IMG/VR virus record: IMGVR_UViG_3300017784_003829
Location: 1 to 30,140 of that record
Reading direction: 5' to 3' (one strand)
Length of the DNA stretch: 30,140 nt
DNA from: a virus
Lineage: Duplodnaviria; Caudoviricetes
Shown here: positions 1 through 9,070 of the stretch, piece after piece
Position numbering within the stretch: position 1 is the stretch's first letter
Layout: each line of letters opens with the position of its first letter
The notes under the pieces: generated by a model
Told to the model about the DNA's origin: nothing
Databases searched by the model: none
Seen by the model: only the letters and a program-made list of their open reading frames with translations
Translations under genes and position numbers: made by a program

Positions 1-1754
1 ACTGTAATTGCAGTAATTGCACCAGTAACGTCAGTTGTAATACTAACTTGAGCCGAAGAACCAGAACCACCAACAATTGCTTTGGCTGTATACGTAGCAA
101 CAGCAGCAATTGCGCCAGTACCACCAGTCCAAGAAGTTACAGTAGCTAAAGGTTGACCTACAAGTGTTCCTGTAATTGCACCTAAGGTAGCAACAGGTTG
201 ACCTGGTTTATTTGATTGTGTAGTTGAACCGATTGTAACAATTGCATCACCAGCAACAAAATCATTAACAACAATAGTGTTTGCTACAGTAGGAACAGCA
301 GAAGCTGTTGTTACAGCAATGTAGTTATCTTCAGCAACACCTGCGTATGATTCATAGTTAACGTCAGTATGTAACGGAGTACTTAATTGAATAAGTAATT
401 CACTACCTGTGTTAATTACATTTTGTACTTTAACGAAATCATTTGGTGTAGCACTATCATTAATAGTTGAAGAACCTAAAGTTCTAATTAATGAATTTGT
501 AGTTAAGTTATCACCAAGTGCTTCCCATTGTGCGGGAGTAAAAATAGTATCAGATGGAACTGGTTTAGGTAAAACTAAAACGTTACCAAATTTACCGCTT
601 GTACCTCCGTAAGGAAACGATTTAACGTATGGCGCAACTGAGTTACCACTTGGGTTAAAATCTTGTGTTACTAACTCGATGTCAGTTTCAGCTAGACCTA
701 ATAGGTAATCAACATTTTTAGACTCGTAAGATAAAGTACTTTTGATAGGAGTATTATAAGATAAGAAGTCAATTGTATCATCAGTAGTATCAATTAATGT
801 ATTACCGATCATATCAACTTTGTACTTAGAATTTTCATAATCCATAAGTGCATTCTCATTGATGTTCAAGAATAACCCAGTTAATGCTACGTTAGAATTA
901 ACGATAGTATCAATTGATTGGTTAGATCCAGCATTATCAATAAAGTCAGGAATAATACATCCTGTGAAAGCACCAACCATTGTGATACCGTCTAATGATA
1001 AGAAAGTTTCTAACTTATCAGCCATAAGACCTCTTAAGTCAAAGTATTTGCTGTAAAGAGGATCTTTAGACAAATTAGAGTAATCAGTCCAGTTACCTTT
1101 AACAACATATACGTCGACAAAATAGTCAGACATAAAATCTTTACCATATATGTATGCAGGTTTAGAATCTGCATCGTAATACTCATCAGCTGGTAAGTTG
1201 TATTTTGAAGCGTTTACCGATTTACGGATAATAACGCTATTTACTTGTTGCCCTAAGTTTACGACGTTAAATAAACGTCCTGCGTTAGCAGCTTTACTGT
1301 CAACTGTTGCTTGTAAATATTCTACGTCTGGGAACCAGAATCTTTCTTTATTATAGAAAGATGCATAAAGTGCACGTGTATTGTTACCATTCATTTCGTT
1401 TGCCGCTAAAGCAAATGAACGATAATCAACAGCGTCTCCACCTTCAGTCACCGGTACGTTATTTAAAGCCAACAAGTTTAATGCAAAGATAGGTCCTGCA
1501 GCCAAACAAGTTTCAATTGCTCTATGGAAAAAAGATCCACGAGCTTCAAGTTTTGAGTCTATCGTACCGAAGATTCTTCTCGATTGACGGATGTCTCTCA
1601 AGAACACAGGCGCGTTAAACGGTCCCGTTCTTGAAAATCCAACAACCAAACGAATAGTCTGTGTAGATATTACAATTCTTTCAGAAGCATCAAACTCAAC
1701 TGTGTATACACCTGATGCTTTAAATCTGTTAAGATCAAGAGTGATTTTAGCCAT
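1..1754 (-). CDS. gp18: Contractile tail sheath protein (T4 gp18-like), 3' end runs off the window
   Basis: Not in the ORF track because there is no stop inside the window. ATG at 1754 (cat 1752-1754), translated by hand as MAKITLDLNRFKASGVYTVEFDASERIVISTQTIRLVVGFSRTGPFNAPVFL...RIFG. The GVYxxExD...VVGFSxxGPFNxPV...IFG pattern is the typical sheath N-terminus. The frame reads ...TDVTGAITAIT at the left edge. Confidence 0.9.
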   Translation of the reverse strand, partial: MAKITLDLNRFKASGVYTVEFDASERIVISTQTIRLVVGFSRTGPFNAPVFLRDIRQSRRIFGTIDSKLEARGSFFHRAIETCLAAGPIFALNLLALNNVPVTEGGDAVDYRSFALAANEMNGNNTRALYASFYNKERFWFPDVEYLQATVDSKAANAGRLFNVVNLGQQVNSVIIRKSVNASKYNLPADEYYDADSKPAYIYGKDFMSDYFVDVYVVKGNWTDYSNLSKDPLYSKYFDLRGLMADKLETFLSLDGITMVGAFTGCIIPDFIDNAGSNQSIDTIVNSNVALTGLFLNINENALMDYENSKYKVDMIGNTLIDTTDDTIDFLSYNTPIKSTLSYESKNVDYLLGLAETDIELVTQDFNPSGNSVAPYVKSFPYGGTSGKFGNVLVLPKPVPSDTIFTPAQWEALGDNLTTNSLIRTLGSSTINDSATPNDFVKVQNVINTGSELLIQLSTPLHTDVNYESYAGVAEDNYIAVTTASAVPTVANTIVVNDFVAGDAIVTIGSTTQSNKPGQPVATLGAITGTLVGQPLATVTSWTGGTGAIAAVATYTAKAIVGGSGSSAQVSITTDVTGAITAIT

Positions 1755-1801
1755 TCTTTTGTTCTATTATTTTATTTGGAAATTCTAATTCCCTGTGATT
1801 T

Positions 1802-1810
1802 TATATATTC
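1802..1810 (-). promoter_or_regulatory. Putative late promoter (GAATATATA) upstream of tail sheath
   Basis: Minus strand reads GAATATATAA about 47 nt before the sheath ATG. The same motif precedes other structural genes. Confidence 0.6.
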
Positions 1811-1839
1811 GTAATGAATCCGTCTTTTTTAACAAGTTC

Positions 1840-3693
1840 TTACGGCTTAAACATATTATTATTACTTGAAAACCCATTGGCTTTATTTGTGGCTGGCTTA
1901 CTTACTGGCGTATATCCTTTATTAGCATTTCCAATATCACCAATAATTCTAAACATATCCATCATATCATCGTTACCTTTATCACCAGCAGCCATACGGA
2001 ATTCAACTGCTTTTTTAACTTCATGACTTGAAAAATCATATAGGTCTTCAACCATTTCATAAAAGTCGGTTGACTCAAAATAAGTAACTAGGTTTACGCA
2101 AGACATTGCTGTATCATCGTTTCCTAACTGAGCTTCATATCGGCCTTGACTGTTTATACCAAACGACGATAATTCTAAAAATGTTGTGGATTCGTTAATA
2201 ACAACTCTTCGGTTATCAATTAAGTTTCTCAATTCACGAGAATAAGATTCTTTATTATCCTTTTGTATTTTAACACCAAGTTTTAAATTATCATTATTAA
2301 TTGAATGTTTTGTGTAAAGGAATATCTCTGGATAAAAATCAGCATTACGGCTCATTCTTTCAAAAACCAGATTTCCTTTAAAGTTAATCTCCATTACAAT
2401 TTTACAGTTCTCACAGTGATAAATGTTAAAGACAAGAATCTCTAAAGCTTTTGACATTTCCTCAACTGATAAAACATTTGAGCGGAATAGACCAATTTGT
2501 TTTAATCTAAAGAAAGCAGTTTCATCGCTCCAGTCTTTAGTCTTACGAACCATTGCTGGTGATTTTGATTCTAATCTAAATATGTTAATTACAGAATAGT
2601 CACGGCCTACACCATCACCAATGTCAACTGCAAAAACGATTCGTTCATCTTTAGCTTCTCTACGATTAGGATCATAATTAGGATGCCATTTAATTGACTC
2701 ACCTAATTCTGGGTAATCAAGAAAGTCTTCCATTTCTTTCATAACATACTTTTGTGAAGTTCGTTTTAAGAACTCTAGCATTTTTGATGAAAGTAATAAT
2801 CTTGAACTTGCTAAGAATTGATTTCCGTATTCTTGATTAAATAATTCCTCACTACCTAAGTTGGCAATTTCTTGTCTTTTCCATTCATCGTCTCTGCCAG
2901 GTACTTGCCACCAGTCAACCCTAATTGCGTTATACGCATTCTTACATTCTATTGCTGCTTGATAAATTTCGTAAAACAAGTTCATACCATTTGGTGTTGA
3001 ACATATAATGATTCTTGAAATTTGCGAAGATGATAATGTTGGGTAAATAGAACGGTAAAAAGGCAATAAGAAGTTAGAATGTATGTGGGCAAACTCATCG
3101 GCAAATAAAAGGTGAATCGTAAATCCGATTGCTGCAGTTTTAGTTGTTGCTTGTGAGAACAGACGGTTACCGTTATCAAATTTCATACCTGTAACCCCAC
3201 CGCTAATTGTACCTGGCTTCATAAAGAAAGGCAGGTTCTTCAAGATAATCTTAATCTTATCAATGATCTCATTAGTTGTTGCTAATTTATTTGCTACAAC
3301 CATTACGTTTCTTTCATAGTGAAAACATAAATACCAAGCAATGAAAATTGAAGATGTTACAGTTTTACCAATCTGACGTGATGCTAACATTACATTAAAC
3401 CGATTTTCTTGAAAATCTTTTAACATTTGTTTTTGGTAAGAACGCAGTTTGATTTGTCTAATACCTTCATCGGTCATCGAGAAACAATACTTTTCACCAA
3501 AGTAAACAACATCAGCTGCGCATCGAGCAAGTTCCTCAATTTCTAATTGTGCATACTCAAAAACTAATTCAGCTGCTTTTACTGTTGTGTCACCGTCATA
3601 AAAAGCGGAATAGTCAGCAGGTATACCATTGTCTATTCGCTCAATTTCTTCAGCAATTCGTTTTGTGTTCCATATCTTACCTCTGCTCGCCAT
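1840..3693 (-). CDS. terL: Terminase large subunit (T4 gp17-like)
   Basis: LRSYQ adenine-binding motif, Walker A ASRQIGKT, Walker B LLFADEFAH, STPNGMNLFY motif, FNQEY, nuclease motifs VDIGDGVGRDYS and GNDD. Confidence 0.97.
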   Translation of the reverse strand: MASRGKIWNTKRIAEEIERIDNGIPADYSAFYDGDTTVKAAELVFEYAQLEIEELARCAADVVYFGEKYCFSMTDEGIRQIKLRSYQKQMLKDFQENRFNVMLASRQIGKTVTSSIFIAWYLCFHYERNVMVVANKLATTNEIIDKIKIILKNLPFFMKPGTISGGVTGMKFDNGNRLFSQATTKTAAIGFTIHLLFADEFAHIHSNFLLPFYRSIYPTLSSSQISRIIICSTPNGMNLFYEIYQAAIECKNAYNAIRVDWWQVPGRDDEWKRQEIANLGSEELFNQEYGNQFLASSRLLLSSKMLEFLKRTSQKYVMKEMEDFLDYPELGESIKWHPNYDPNRREAKDERIVFAVDIGDGVGRDYSVINIFRLESKSPAMVRKTKDWSDETAFFRLKQIGLFRSNVLSVEEMSKALEILVFNIYHCENCKIVMEINFKGNLVFERMSRNADFYPEIFLYTKHSINNDNLKLGVKIQKDNKESYSRELRNLIDNRRVVINESTTFLELSSFGINSQGRYEAQLGNDDTAMSCVNLVTYFESTDFYEMVEDLYDFSSHEVKKAVEFRMAAGDKGNDDMMDMFRIIGDIGNANKGYTPVSKPATNKANGFSSNNNMFKP

Positions 3694-4345
3694 CTTCTTC
3701 TTCGTCTTTTAATGCAGCAGTTGCTTTTGTTTCAGGTATTGCTTGACGGATAACATCCATTAAACCTTTTGTGCCACGGAACTGTGTTTGTGTTTCAGAA
3801 TGTTCAATTGTTATGTCACCTTCTTGTAACGATTCAGAAGATTCCGCTTTCTTCACACGATAATCTTCTTTTAAGTTTTTGTAATTTTGCTCCATGATTA
3901 CCATGAATTGTGCAAGATGTTTTACAATTTCCATTTTTGAACGTTGAAGAGAAGCTAAAACTTCAAATGTTCTTGGGTGTGTATTCCCATTATCAATTTC
4001 TTCCAAAAGTTTAATGATTGCGTGTTCTGCAGTTTTCATTTGGAATAGTAAGTTAGATACGGTTAATTTATCAACGCCGTTCTTTTCTCTTACATAAGGT
4101 ATTTCTTTTATAATTCTTGTATCAAGATAAAAGTTAGCAATTGCATCAACGATATCAGTTGCTTTATTATCTGAGACTTCTTTTACTTCATGATAGTTCA
4201 AAAAGCCTGTTTGAGGTCTTGCTGGTAAAATCTTTTCCGCTTGTGAAACTAGAGTCTTAATATCATTTGCGTCTTGACTAATAAGTCTTTCCAATTCATC
4301 ACGCATTTCTATTTCTCTCTGTCTTTCTTCTGTAGGTTTTCTCAT
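3677..4345 (-). CDS. terS: Terminase small subunit (gp16-like)
   Basis: Immediately upstream of and overlapping terL. Helical protein with HPRTFEVLASL, resembling the HPRAYEV motif of T4-like small terminases, and a C-terminal FRGTKGLMDVIR segment. Confidence 0.7.
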   Translation of the reverse strand: MRKPTEERQREIEMRDELERLISQDANDIKTLVSQAEKILPARPQTGFLNYHEVKEVSDNKATDIVDAIANFYLDTRIIKEIPYVREKNGVDKLTVSNLLFQMKTAEHAIIKLLEEIDNGNTHPRTFEVLASLQRSKMEIVKHLAQFMVIMEQNYKNLKEDYRVKKAESSESLQEGDITIEHSETQTQFRGTKGLMDVIRQAIPETKATAALKDEEEDGEQR

Positions 4346-4346
4346 A

Positions 4347-4529
4347 TTATTTAGTGTTTGCTATCCAAGGTAAGTTCAATCTTTGGATTGCGTTATCAAT
4401 GATAATTGCGTATTGCGCATCTTGAACGATCGCTTGGTTAAGCATAATTATTTGTTTGTTAAGATCAGTTTCAATCTGTTTGAATAAACGAATGTTTGTG
4501 TATAGCATATTACTTGCGGTTAATGTATA
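4347..4529 (-). CDS. In-frame continuation (60 codons) of the neck gene past its TAA; alternatively a separate 53-aa ORF from ATG 4508
   Basis: Same frame as 4530..6350: *YTLTASNMLYTNIRLFKQIETDLNKQIIMLNQAIVQDAQYAIIIDNAIQRLNLPWIANTK*. It ends at TAA 4347-4349, 1 nt before the terS ATG. Confidence 0.7.
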   Translation of the reverse strand, partial: YTLTASNMLYTNIRLFKQIETDLNKQIIMLNQAIVQDAQYAIIIDNAIQRLNLPWIANTK

Positions 4530-6350
4530 TTATATTAAACCTGTACTTGCTGTACGATCCGCTTTTGTTATAACTTCGGACTTAGAGTATATATTTTCTA
4601 AATTTGTAGTCATATTTGGAGTCAAATCATTTTCAGTCCATTTCCTAGTCCAAACATCAAGTGACGCTTGTTGGTAGAAATTGCTGATATTAAATACATA
4701 TCCATACCAAGTTGATTCAGTTAAATCATTAGGCAGAACGAAAAGTAAATCATCAACCGTAGATCTGAATACAAAATAACGATTTGCGTATAATGATAAT
4801 TTCCAACCAGTTTCACTAACTGAATCCCATCCGTTTAACATTATAGTTTCATAATCAGGTTCAACAACATATCCACTTGTGATTGAAGTACTTGCCCATC
4901 CTGGATAATATGTATCTAAGAAAGTAATGATTTCAGTCTTAACACCAATTGTGATAACATAGCCTCCTGTTACTGGAGTTGTTGCTATATGATTTCCGTA
5001 TAGACTTAAACCATTAAACCGTGTGATCTTTAATAGGTTACCTACTTTATAGTTTCGTTTAGGGGTAATGATAAATGAAAGTGGTGTTATCCCATTTGCT
5101 GGAACTCCTTTTGCAAGTTGGCCTTTAACATTATCACGAGTAGGATTAACTTTCGGTTTAATTCCTTGGAACCATCCCATAAGAAGTCTATCTTCAGCAG
5201 CAGTAAATTCATTGGTTGCTCGATATGTTATTGCTGTAACATCTTTTGTTGTATCAAAAATTGACCTTAAGTCATATTGTGATTCTGATATTGTTACATT
5301 GTAGTTTTTAAAGAATGCTTGTGTAATGTTTAAATCATTATTGATATTTAAACGAGTAGGGTCATAATCACGAGATCCAATTTTAGGATCATATTGTTGT
5401 GGCTTAGTGATTTTTAATTCTTGTTCTGTAACTTCTTCTCCAAATTCTTCAGTAAAGTCAGTAGAGATGTCAGCAAGATATTCACGCAAGTCTTGTGGTT
5501 CGTAACGATTTGATTTTGGTGCATACTTGACAAGCGATATTTTCCAATAAACATTTTGTTGCATAATGTCTTTCCATAAGTATGAGCTTTCAACTTCATA
5601 AATACGATTTGTTAATGGGAAGTAAACAATGTCACGTTTTTGTGGTCCAGTTCCAATACCAAAGATTTCCTCAAAGTATTCTTTTACAATTTGAACTTCA
5701 AATGGAATTTCAAAGTCCATACCCATTGGGTTATAATCTATCTTATTATCTGGGAATTCATTTTTGTCAACGACAACTTTAATACAGCAAGGTTCGTCAA
5801 CGTCAGATAAAGTCCATTCATGTAATACTACATCCCTACCAATGGCCATTGGAACCGCTCTCGCGTACAATACATCATGACCAAATAGTCTATTAATTGT
5901 ATAAGCTAATTCTTTATAGAGGACAACTGCGGGGTTAACAAGATATGGCCTGAACGTAAAATTTTCAATCTTGGTTAGGTTGCTGATATTTCCATTTTCG
6001 GAAACAAGCATAGGTGGACGATATCCTAAAAATATGTCAGCAGCTTCAGGAGCTTGCAGATATTCAATGTATGCGTCTTCAATTGTAACGGGGCCGCCAG
6101 CAATTAAAGTATAACGAAAGTCTACAAAGAGTTCGTTATTAGGGTCAAGAATAATTTTCTGTAAGTTATCAACAGTTAAATCAATCCAAGAACCACGAAC
6201 GAGATTTGTTGTTCCCCAACGAAATTCTTTTTTAACTGTGCCTACACCATTAATGTCGTCTACCCAGTTAAGGATTTTCGTAACATAGTGTAAAGGCTTT
6301 GTTTGAGTTATTTTGGCGAAGTCGCCAATATTTGATAAAGTTGCTAACAT
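4530..6350 (-). CDS. Neck/head-completion protein with gp14-like domain and extra domains
   Basis: Central region FGHDVLY...FEEIFGIGTGPQKRDIVYFPLTNRIYEV resembles T4 gp14-type head-closure proteins (PxxGDLIYFP...FEI). Lies upstream of the terminase genes behind a late-promoter motif. Confidence 0.65.
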   Translation of the reverse strand: MLATLSNIGDFAKITQTKPLHYVTKILNWVDDINGVGTVKKEFRWGTTNLVRGSWIDLTVDNLQKIILDPNNELFVDFRYTLIAGGPVTIEDAYIEYLQAPEAADIFLGYRPPMLVSENGNISNLTKIENFTFRPYLVNPAVVLYKELAYTINRLFGHDVLYARAVPMAIGRDVVLHEWTLSDVDEPCCIKVVVDKNEFPDNKIDYNPMGMDFEIPFEVQIVKEYFEEIFGIGTGPQKRDIVYFPLTNRIYEVESSYLWKDIMQQNVYWKISLVKYAPKSNRYEPQDLREYLADISTDFTEEFGEEVTEQELKITKPQQYDPKIGSRDYDPTRLNINNDLNITQAFFKNYNVTISESQYDLRSIFDTTKDVTAITYRATNEFTAAEDRLLMGWFQGIKPKVNPTRDNVKGQLAKGVPANGITPLSFIITPKRNYKVGNLLKITRFNGLSLYGNHIATTPVTGGYVITIGVKTEIITFLDTYYPGWASTSITSGYVVEPDYETIMLNGWDSVSETGWKLSLYANRYFVFRSTVDDLLFVLPNDLTESTWYGYVFNISNFYQQASLDVWTRKWTENDLTPNMTTNLENIYSKSEVITKADRTASTGLI

Positions 6351-6388
6351 AAAAAACGGAGGTATACTTTTATTATATATCCTCCGTT
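6351..6388 (-). terminator. Intrinsic terminator-like hairpin containing a putative late promoter
   Basis: Minus strand AACGGAGG-ATATATAATAAAAGTATA-CCTCCGTT-TTTT-ATG: 8-bp perfect stem and a U6 tract directly followed by the neck gene ATG. GATATATAA at 6373-6381. Confidence 0.7.
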
Positions 6389-6396
6389 CTAATTAT

Positions 6397-6597
6397 CTAA
6401 AAACCATACTTGGCTTCTAATATTTTATTTTCATTATCAAATTTACTTATAGTGATAACATATGTTACATTTAAATGAATTGTATCAGTATTACGATATA
6501 ACTGATAACCTTCAGATAGGCAATATAATTTAGCCTCATCAAAAGCCATTCCTATAATAGCATTTGGTACATCATGTTTAAAAGTTTTTCTTGTCAT
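6397..6597 (-). CDS. Hypothetical protein (66 aa)
   Basis: ATGA-type overlap with the upstream gene and fills the gap before the terminator. No motif recognised. Confidence 0.6.
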   Translation of the reverse strand: MTRKTFKHDVPNAIIGMAFDEAKLYCLSEGYQLYRNTDTIHLNVTYVITISKFDNENKILEAKYGF

Positions 6598-7010
6598 TGT
6601 GAAATTAGTTTTTCATAATTTTTTAATTCTTTAACCATGCTATCACCAAGTAATTCCATTGCGTCATCAACATCACGTCTTGATACTTGAAATTGCTCAC
6701 AGTATTTACGGATCGTTTCATCAGTAACAGGTTGAGCTGCTTTTTTCTTTTCTTTTGCTTTTGCAGTTGAAACATACATCCACCCAGGAGTTTTTGAATA
6801 CCTTGAGGTAAGCAATCCTTGCCAAAAAGTAACAGCTTGGCCTGGATGGATTTTGATATGATTAAAAGCAGCAGCTTGTACAGGAAAGTTAATTGCACAA
6901 AAACGGTTAATCATAAAAAAATACTTTCCGCGTTCATGCATTTTTGTTTTCTTAAATTCTGCGGGTTTTCCTAACATATCGTTAATGAAACCAAATAGAT
7001 CATTTGCCAT
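6594..7010 (-). CDS. gp62: Clamp loader small subunit (T4 gp62-like)
   Basis: DLFGFINDM...FMINRF...A...N...W...K-rich...IRKYCEQFQVSRRDVDDAMELL pattern and size match gp62-like proteins. The gp44 homolog lies 2 kb upstream. Confidence 0.65.
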   Translation of the reverse strand: MANDLFGFINDMLGKPAEFKKTKMHERGKYFFMINRFCAINFPVQAAAFNHIKIHPGQAVTFWQGLLTSRYSKTPGWMYVSTAKAKEKKKAAQPVTDETIRKYCEQFQVSRRDVDDAMELLGDSMVKELKNYEKLISQ

Positions 7011-7347
7011 ATAGTTTAGTTTTTATATTCAAAGACTCACGAATTGTTTTTACGTTAGCAGCTTTTTCATATTCTTCAGCTCTTACGTAATAAGATTCTG
7101 CGTCATCAAAGACAACTTCAATTTCGTCATAGTCAACAATGATATCACCAAAAGGAATTATATCAGCTTTAGATGTAAAGAATTCAACTATGACTATAAA
7201 ATCGCCAAGACTTCCTGTTTTATGTAAACTTACGGCTGCTTCAACTGCACGATCATGTACGATCCCTTCATTATCTTCGCCCCACTGAACGATTAATTCT
7301 TCGTCTTCAGCATCTAGTTCTGGTATAATTGCTTTTATTGGTTCCAT
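7000..7347 (-). CDS. Acidic hypothetical protein with C-terminal UVR-like (EEYEKAA) helix
   Basis: YYVRAEEYEKAANVK resembles the UvrB/UvrC interaction motif. Tight packing with neighbours. Confidence 0.6.
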   Translation of the reverse strand: MEPIKAIIPELDAEDEELIVQWGEDNEGIVHDRAVEAAVSLHKTGSLGDFIVIVEFFTSKADIIPFGDIIVDYDEIEVVFDDAESYYVRAEEYEKAANVKTIRESLNIKTKLYGK

Positions 7348-7350
7348 CTT

Positions 7351-8460
7351 TTAAAATTTGTATTTAGAGAATATATCCGCCTCAAAAGATTGTGTTGTTG
7401 CTAAGAAACGTGTACCTTCAAGAATATGAGCCATATCATAAACCTGAGCATTCATTTCGTTTGCAGTTGTAACCTTATTGTAGGAAACTGTAAATGAATC
7501 TTGAATGTCTTGAGGAATAACTTTTTTGTCAAGATACATCAAAGTAATGTTACGGATGATTCTTGATTTAAGTGCCTCAACAGGTGGATTTTGTTTGAAT
7601 GTAACATTGATACCGTTAGCAACTTCAATAGCACGATTAGGTAAATCAAAAACATCACCAATAGGTTTTGAGTATTCCATGATTTCATAAATACGAGCAG
7701 CCTTTGCAGGTGTAACTCTGTATGTTTTGCCTTTTGCTTCCCATGTCCATACTGGAGGAACTGCGTCACCGCCATCACCACAAATAATCTTTTCAAATAT
7801 ATGATAATGTGGATTGACTTCTTCAATAACAACAGAATTAAGTGCTTCTTGAATAAGGTCTTTGCTACGGTTCATAAAAGTAGAAGCATCAAATAAATCA
7901 TACTCTTCAGATTTTACCCATTCTGTAAATCCTGGAGGTCCAACGATCTTACGAGTTTTTGAATTTGGATTGTAGACAGCAATAAAGTTTACGTTATTGC
8001 ATTTAACAACTTGATACATATCCTTATCACCTGTAATGATAACTGAATCCTCACCGTTATTGAAAAACTCATCAGCCCATAGGTACATTAAATCATCGCC
8101 TTCAGCACGTGGTTCTCGAGAAACGATATAGCCTTTTTCTGCAATGATTTCTCCAAATTCATTCATTAATTTATAAAACGTATCCCAGTCAATAACTGAT
8201 TCATCCTTTTCGCGATTTGATTTGTAACCGCCTTCTTCAATTTCCACTTCTTTACGCCAAGAACGAGAGTCAATTGTAAATACAACTCGCGTAGGATTTC
8301 CGAATGTACGGATAGCGTGAGCCATATCAGTTGCGATTTTTCGCATGAACATTGATTGGTCCTTTTCAGAACTCAATACCTTTTCACCTTTTGAGCCATA
8401 CTGACCAAAGATAAACAATGTTTTGTAGAATAAGTAATTCCCGTCAAATATAAGATTCAT
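7351..8460 (-). CDS. rnh: RNase H / 5'-3' flap exonuclease (T4 rnh-like)
   Basis: LIFDGNYL, SWRK, YKSNR, EGDDL, ITGDKDMYQ and GDGGDAVP acidic motifs of the 5'-nuclease (FEN/PIN-like) family. Confidence 0.92.
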   Translation of the reverse strand: MNLIFDGNYLFYKTLFIFGQYGSKGEKVLSSEKDQSMFMRKIATDMAHAIRTFGNPTRVVFTIDSRSWRKEVEIEEGGYKSNREKDESVIDWDTFYKLMNEFGEIIAEKGYIVSREPRAEGDDLMYLWADEFFNNGEDSVIITGDKDMYQVVKCNNVNFIAVYNPNSKTRKIVGPPGFTEWVKSEEYDLFDASTFMNRSKDLIQEALNSVVIEEVNPHYHIFEKIICGDGGDAVPPVWTWEAKGKTYRVTPAKAARIYEIMEYSKPIGDVFDLPNRAIEVANGINVTFKQNPPVEALKSRIIRNITLMYLDKKVIPQDIQDSFTVSYNKVTTANEMNAQVYDMAHILEGTRFLATTQSFEADIFSKYKF

Positions 8461-8477
8461 AATTTTGTTTTATTTTA

Positions 8478-8533
8478 TAAATATAATAATAATATATTGG
8501 TTATGCAACCAATTTTTCAAAAAGTTATTAACA
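8478..8533 (-). promoter_or_regulatory. Tripartite early/middle promoter, copy 1
   Basis: Minus strand TGTTAATAAC-N15-TTGCATAACC-N10-TATTATATTTA, with identical elements and spacing at 11041-11096. Upstream of rnh. Confidence 0.7.
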
Positions 8534-8776
8534 ATATCCCCACTTTCTTAGTGCGTCATCAATTCCTTTTTCAAAAACTCGCATTAATACAGGAACTTCA
8601 TTAATTGCTGGTAAGTTACCTCTGAATATAATTGCTCTTTGTAAATTACTTTCTTTATCTACAACATAAACATAAATTCGCATGCCAATCTTTACTACGT
8701 CAAACTTCTTTTCAGTAAGTTTTGGGTATTTTGATTTAATGTATTTCTTTACATCAGGCACCCTCTTGATTGTCAT
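8528..8776 (-). CDS. Basic hypothetical protein (82 aa)
   Basis: ORF overlaps the KTSC gene end, on the same strand as the operon. No motif recognised. Confidence 0.6.
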   Translation of the reverse strand: MTIKRVPDVKKYIKSKYPKLTEKKFDVVKIGMRIYVYVVDKESNLQRAIIFRGNLPAINEVPVLMRVFEKGIDDALRKWGYC

Positions 8777-9059
8777 CTTCTTTTGTTTCTTTTACATCTA
8801 CAAATTCTTGTACTTCGCCTTCAACAATTTTTGCGTAAGAATACTTACCTCTAATGTTTTTACCAAAATATGATCCTACTGATTCAGCATTACAGAATTC
8901 TTCATATAACTTTTTGTCAATTCCTATGTAAACATATTGAGCTTCGTTTTGAAACACTATGAATAACTGTGCATCATCAGGATTGTATTCTGTGTGTTTA
9001 ATTAAAGATGAAGTCCATTCTCTACCTTCAACTGTTACTAATTTAATTTGTTCTTCCAT
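8754..9059 (-). CDS. KTSC domain protein
   Basis: SSLIKHTEYNPDDAQLFIVFQNEAQYVYIGIDKKLYEEFCNAESVGSYFGKNIRGKYSY matches the KTSC pattern SS.I....Y......L.I.F..G..Y.Y..V....Y..F..A.S.G.YF...IR..Y. Confidence 0.88.
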   Translation of the reverse strand: MEEQIKLVTVEGREWTSSLIKHTEYNPDDAQLFIVFQNEAQYVYIGIDKKLYEEFCNAESVGSYFGKNIRGKYSYAKIVEGEVQEFVDVKETKEDDNQEGA

Positions 9060-9070
9060 TTTATTGTGTA

